NCBI GenBank assembly: GCA_045590955.1
Contig: JAZNSB010000003.1
Location: 2,888 to 66,887, forward strand
Source: Alphaproteobacteria bacterium
GTDB taxonomy: Bacteria; Pseudomonadota; Alphaproteobacteria; RF32; CAG-239
Direction of reading: 5' to 3'
DNA: 64,000 nucleotides
Positions 60,253 through 64,000 of this stretch are shown here, piece by piece (within the stretch, counting starts at the first letter, position 1; each line of letters begins with the position of its first letter). Both the position numbers and the translations under genes were made by a program. The notes below the pieces were generated by a model, which was given only the letters and a program-made list of their open reading frames with translations, did no database searches and was not told the DNA's origin.

Positions 60253-61251
60253 TTATTCCTTTGCTGATAAAATGTTGTTAATGCTGTTTATTGTTTTTAC
60301 TCCTTGCAGTTCAAGATATGCAAGGTGGTTGCCACCAAAAGCACTGTTAAAAGATGTGTTACGAATAATTTGAGGTCTTAAAGTTGATGCTGTTTGCAAT
60401 GCTTGGATGGCTGCAGATAAATGATTGTATGCATTTTGTTGTAAAATTGTATTTTTGTAGTCTATCGCTACACTTTTTAATATCATACAATATGTATAAA
60501 ACTTGCCCTGAGTATAATAAAACAAATCATCTGAGTCAAAATCCGCAAAAGAATCTGACTTTTTTTGAATTTGGGTTTCCAGAGAGGCGTTGCTTTGTTC
60601 TAAATCTTGTTTGATGTGGATTAAAAGATTGTTAAAACTTGCTTGGCTGTGGGCCAATTCTTCTATGCTTGGAGTTAAATTGTTGTATAATTTGTTTAAT
60701 GTTTTTCTGCCTTTTTTGTATTGTGTGTTTGAGCTGGGGGCAAACATTTTGCCTGTTTTTGCAATAATCCAAACATCAGGACTGTATGAAACATATTCTG
60801 TGGCTATGCGCAACAATTCTTTGTTGTCGGGGGAAGACAAGTCGTTTGTGCTGTTTAAGGCTTGAAAGGTGTTGGCAATGGCACTCATAATTCCCTTTTG
60901 AAAATTAGGCATATTGTCTAAAAGAGCCGAAGGAAAGAAAAATGGAGTGTTAGGTGTCCAAAGATTTTGGCTTACTTCTCTGTTGATAAGGTGTGTGCTG
61001 GTTTGAATTATTTGAGATTTGCCGACCGGAGCCTGATTGCTCAGGGTGGTGTTTGTGTCTATCTTATTAATCAGAATACCGCCAAGAGGGTAATATAATA
61101 TGAACATAAACAAAATAAAAAACAGCAAGATCTTCCACCAATTGGCAAACACAAAGTCTATACCTTCTTTTTTGTGTGTTAGAACGTATAGACGTCCCTT
61201 TAGATGTTTGCCTTTATTAATAAGAATTTGTTTTAGTTTTTTATCCGGCAT
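60253..61251 (-). CDS. Hypothetical membrane-anchored protein, possibly DUF2333-like.
   Basis: One N-terminal TM helix (WKILLFFILFMFILYYPLGGILI). Its stop overlaps the murJ start. Confidence 0.45.
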   Translation of the reverse strand: MPDKKLKQILINKGKHLKGRLYVLTHKKEGIDFVFANWWKILLFFILFMFILYYPLGGILINKIDTNTTLSNQAPVGKSQIIQTSTHLINREVSQNLWTPNTPFFFPSALLDNMPNFQKGIMSAIANTFQALNSTNDLSSPDNKELLRIATEYVSYSPDVWIIAKTGKMFAPSSNTQYKKGRKTLNKLYNNLTPSIEELAHSQASFNNLLIHIKQDLEQSNASLETQIQKKSDSFADFDSDDLFYYTQGKFYTYCMILKSVAIDYKNTILQQNAYNHLSAAIQALQTASTLRPQIIRNTSFNSAFGGNHLAYLELQGVKTINSINNILSAKE

Positions 61252-62830
61252 GTCTTTGTTTCCTTTTTAAAAGAAGATTAAACAAGTCTTTTACGTCTTG
61301 GTTTTTTAACAATAGTGAGCTTATTAAAAATACAGTGCCTCCGCAACCACAAATAAGAACAAATAAAAATGCTTTATGGTAAAAATCAAGACTAAGCCAA
61401 CCGTCTGTGTAATATGAATTTAAGATATAGTTGCAAAATTTCATTGTACATCCCATTAATGTTGAGCTTAGTAAGATTTTGCAAACCTCAATTTTTAAGG
61501 TTTTTGAAAAGCTCCAAAAGTTTCTCTTTTTTAAGCCTCTAACATATAGCCAAACAGAAATTAATGCAGAGATGCTGGATGCGGTTGCAATTCCGACGTG
61601 CCCGAAAAAATGCATTAAAACAATAGAAAATAGCATATTGGCAATTAAAACAACGGTACTGTATTTTACCGGCGTCTTAGTGTCTCCTCTGGCAAAAAAA
61701 TTTGGTGCAAAAGCTTTGCCCATTACAAACAAAGGAAGCCCAAAAGAATACGCAATAAGCGCCGGAGCGGTTTGCAGGGTTTCATAAGAAGTAAATTTGC
61801 CACGTTCAAACAAAATGTTGATTATCGGGGTGGCCAAAGACATTAAAAACACAGATGAGGGAATGGCTAAAAACAGGCCAAATCTGATGGCTTTATCTTG
61901 GTTGCGTTTTGCCTCTTGTTCGTGTCCGCTTTTAAGAGACTGTGATAAAACAGGCAGAAGAACAACACCAATTGCGGCCCCCACAACACCAATGGGAAGT
62001 TGGTTTAATCTGTTTGCATAATATATCCAAGAAATTGCACCTGTTCCAAGCAAAGACACCAAAATAAGATCAACCACCATGTTTACTTGATAAATTCCGG
62101 CACCAAAAATTCCCGGCCCCATTCTTTTAAATAGAGTTTTTATTTCTTTGTCTTTTAATGCTTTAAAGGTGTTAATTTGCAATGGAAGACGCACATTTTG
62201 TCTGCGCAAAAAAATGTATAGATAAACAAACTGTATTATGCCGGAAACAGTTATGGCAATGGAAAGAGAATATGCAGGATTTGCTCCAAACGGAACAAAG
62301 ATAAGCACAGACAAAATCATGGTAATGTTTAAAATTATTGGTGCTGACGCAGGTGCGGCAAATTTGCCTAAAGAGTTTAAAATACCGGATTGAAAAGACA
62401 CAATGGAAATAAACAGCAAAAACGGAAAAGTAATGCGGGTCAGGTTAACGGCAAGTGCTGTTTTTTGTGTGTCGTTAATAAATCCGGGAGCCATTAAATA
62501 TACTACATATGGCATAAAAATTTCTGTGATAATCACCAACAGAACAACAAACACGCTTAAAACACAGATGGCCTTGGCTGCAAACTTAAAAGCACTTTCT
62601 TTGCTGTCCGATACAAGTTTGTGAGAGAGCATGGGGACAAAGGCCGATGTAAAAGCTCCTTCCGCAAAAAGGTTGCGAAAAAGGTTGGGCATACGCATGG
62701 CTACAAAAAAAGCATCTGATACCATGCCCGCACCAAGAAAGTTGGCAATGGTAACATCTCTTAAAAAGCCGGTAATTCTGCTTAATAACGTAAATCCACC
62801 AAAAGTTGTTACAGATTTTATTAAAGACAC
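61241..62830 (-). CDS. murJ: Lipid II flippase MurJ (MviN)
   Basis: 529 aa with 14 TM helices. N-terminus of the MurJ type: LSRITGFLRDVTIANFLGAGMVSDAFFVAMRMPNLFR. Confidence 0.9.
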   Translation of the reverse strand: MSLIKSVTTFGGFTLLSRITGFLRDVTIANFLGAGMVSDAFFVAMRMPNLFRNLFAEGAFTSAFVPMLSHKLVSDSKESAFKFAAKAICVLSVFVVLLVIITEIFMPYVVYLMAPGFINDTQKTALAVNLTRITFPFLLFISIVSFQSGILNSLGKFAAPASAPIILNITMILSVLIFVPFGANPAYSLSIAITVSGIIQFVYLYIFLRRQNVRLPLQINTFKALKDKEIKTLFKRMGPGIFGAGIYQVNMVVDLILVSLLGTGAISWIYYANRLNQLPIGVVGAAIGVVLLPVLSQSLKSGHEQEAKRNQDKAIRFGLFLAIPSSVFLMSLATPIINILFERGKFTSYETLQTAPALIAYSFGLPLFVMGKAFAPNFFARGDTKTPVKYSTVVLIANMLFSIVLMHFFGHVGIATASSISALISVWLYVRGLKKRNFWSFSKTLKIEVCKILLSSTLMGCTMKFCNYILNSYYTDGWLSLDFYHKAFLFVLICGCGGTVFLISSLLLKNQDVKDLFNLLLKRKQRHAG

Positions 62831-62905
62831 TTTTTTGCTCCATAGACATTTGTTTTATTTATTATAATAAAAAAAATAAATAATACAATTTTCTTACAAA
62901 AGATA

Positions 62906-62934
62906 TTGACAAACTACGTTTTTGCAATATATGT
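62906..62934 (+). promoter_or_regulatory. Candidate sigma70-like promoter
   Basis: TTGACA-16/17 nt-TATATG, about 35 nt upstream of the small ORF at 62969. Confidence 0.4.
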
Positions 62935-62968
62935 TTAGACAAATGAGACAAAAAAGAAAGGTTTTGCA

Positions 62969-63208
62969 ATGATAAAACTTCCTGAGACTGTAAAAAGACA
63001 AAAAATTTCAGCAAAAAGCGTGAAGGTTGCTTCTGAAAAGTTGTTTTTAGACGGAGTTTCTTTAGGTAAAGCAACGCAAAAGGGTGTTCATATTAACTTA
63101 AACAGGTTAAACAAATATCTTTGCGGAAAAGAAGGTGTTGAAAAATTGGCACAACAAGAAAAAGCAAAGAATTTGACAATGGCAAATGCAAGAGCAGGCG
63201 GACGCTAA
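62969..63208 (+). CDS. Hypothetical small basic protein (79 aa)
   Basis: An isolated ORF with a promoter-like element upstream and an intrinsic terminator downstream. Lys-rich. No known domain recognised. Confidence 0.4.
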   Translation: MIKLPETVKRQKISAKSVKVASEKLFLDGVSLGKATQKGVHINLNRLNKYLCGKEGVEKLAQQEKAKNLTMANARAGGR

Positions 63209-63223
63209 TTTTGAAAATTGATA

Positions 63224-63256
63224 ATAAAAAAACCCTCAAATTTGAGGGTTTTTTAT
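63224..63256. terminator. Bidirectional rho-independent terminator between the small ORF and fdxA
   Basis: AAAAAAACCCTCAAAtTTGAGGGTTTTTT. Confidence 0.8.
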
Positions 63257-63259
63257 TGC

Positions 63260-63496
63260 TTATTCAGCAGATGGCCATTCTTGAGATTTTTCAGCGTTGA
63301 ATTTGATCCATTTTTCATCTGCTTCATCTTCTGATGTGATTGCTTCTTGTGGGCATTCAGAAAGACAAGCACCACAGTCAATGCATGTTTCCGGATTGAT
63401 TACAAGCATTGTGTCGCCTTCGTGGAAAGCGCCAACAGGGCATACGCCAACACAAGATTTACATTTCATACAAGCATCATTTACTACAGAAGTCAT
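63260..63496 (-). CDS. fdxA: Ferredoxin of the 7Fe (3Fe-4S plus 4Fe-4S) FdxA type
   Basis: CMKCKSCVGVCPVGAF...CIDCGACLSECPQEAI. Size and cysteine pattern match Azotobacter FdI-type ferredoxins. Confidence 0.85.
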   Translation of the reverse strand: MTSVVNDACMKCKSCVGVCPVGAFHEGDTMLVINPETCIDCGACLSECPQEAITSEDEADEKWIKFNAEKSQEWPSAE

Positions 63497-63628
63497 TGTT
63501 TTATCTCCTATCTATGATTAAAAATCGTTCTTAATTTATCCATATGTAAAATAAAATCAAGTTAAATGTTGCGATTTTAAAAATAAATTCCCATATTAAC
63601 CATAATTGCTAATTAACAGGAGGAAAAA

Positions 63629-64000
63629 ATGTCGGAAAAAATAATGTTTCAAGCAGAAGTGGGCAAAATGTTGGATATTGTTATCAACTCACTTTATACA
63701 GAAAAACAAATTTTTTTAAGAGAGTTGGTTTCTAATGCTTCTGATGCTTGTGATAAATTAAAGTATATGGCATTGATTAATCCTGATATTATATCTACCG
63801 GAGATTTTAAAATTTCTTTGACTGCTGATGAAAAAAATAAAACATTAGTGGTTTCAGATAATGGAATCGGTATGAATAAAGAGGATCTTATTACTCACTT
63901 GGGTACAATTGCAAAATCCGGCACGGCAGAGTTTGTAAAAAATGTGTCTGATAACGGGTCGGTGTTTGATTTGATAGGTCAGTTTGGTGTTGGTTTTTAT
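63629..64000 (+). CDS. htpG: Chaperone HtpG (Hsp90), N-terminal part. The 3' end lies beyond the window.
   Basis: [32 protein letters not shown]: the Bergerat ATP-binding N-terminus. AGGAGGAAAAAATG RBS. Confidence 0.9.
   Translation, partial: MSEKIMFQAEVGKMLDIVINSLYTEKQIFLRELVSNASDACDKLKYMALINPDIISTGDFKISLTADEKNKTLVVSDNGIGMNKEDLITHLGTIAKSGTAEFVKNVSDNGSVFDLIGQFGVGFY

Noticed and set aside
1-64000. tRNA, rRNA and CRISPR searches in all intergenic gaps over 60 nt
   Set aside because: None of the gaps contains a GC-rich 70-90-nt segment with T-loop-like GGTTCGAATCC or GTTCAAAT motifs, and none contains regularly spaced direct repeats. Gaps are AT-rich promoter or terminator regions. This was judged by eye, so a tRNAscan-SE or Infernal run would confirm it.

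Overview
The window is a gene-dense, low-GC chromosomal segment with no rRNA or tRNA genes, no transposases and no CRISPR array. Its gene content and local syntenies are characteristic of Alphaproteobacteria. Examples are mltA-smr, dnaQ-coaE, rho, ftsK, fabD-fabG, lptG-lptD-surA-rsmA, xerD/aroK, grpE/rph-rdgB, addB-addA, rpsF-rpsR-rplI, gmk-yicC, rimP-nusA-ylxR-infB-rbfA-truB-rpsO-pnp, rplY-pth-ychF-trmL and murJ. Almost every gap is explained by a CDS, a rho-independent terminator or a promoter-like stretch.

The most notable content is an intact three-gene operon on the minus strand (8574..12510) for a trimeric NuoE/NuoF-like [FeFe]-hydrogenase (hydC-hydB-hydA). All three H-cluster signature motifs are legible in HydA. 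This is unexpected in this otherwise housekeeping, reduced-genome-like alphaproteobacterial context.

Other points worth a second look:
- a two-gene cassette of unknown function (51626..52637) with a terminator on each side and visibly higher GC, wedged between pnp and rplY;
- a 421-aa orphan protein next to a Sel1-repeat protein;
- a ClpA-like ATPase with an enlarged N-domain and no clpS;
- an orphan, oversized GT5 glycogen-synthase-like gene;
- a GAF-HD-GYP c-di-GMP phosphodiesterase;
- an lptF-PAP2 translationally coupled pair.

Several genes expected in these conserved blocks are absent (pdxA, aroB, hrcA, acpP/fabF, clpS), which is consistent with genome reduction. All assignments come from reading the translated ORFs and the nucleotide sequence by eye; no database searches were run.
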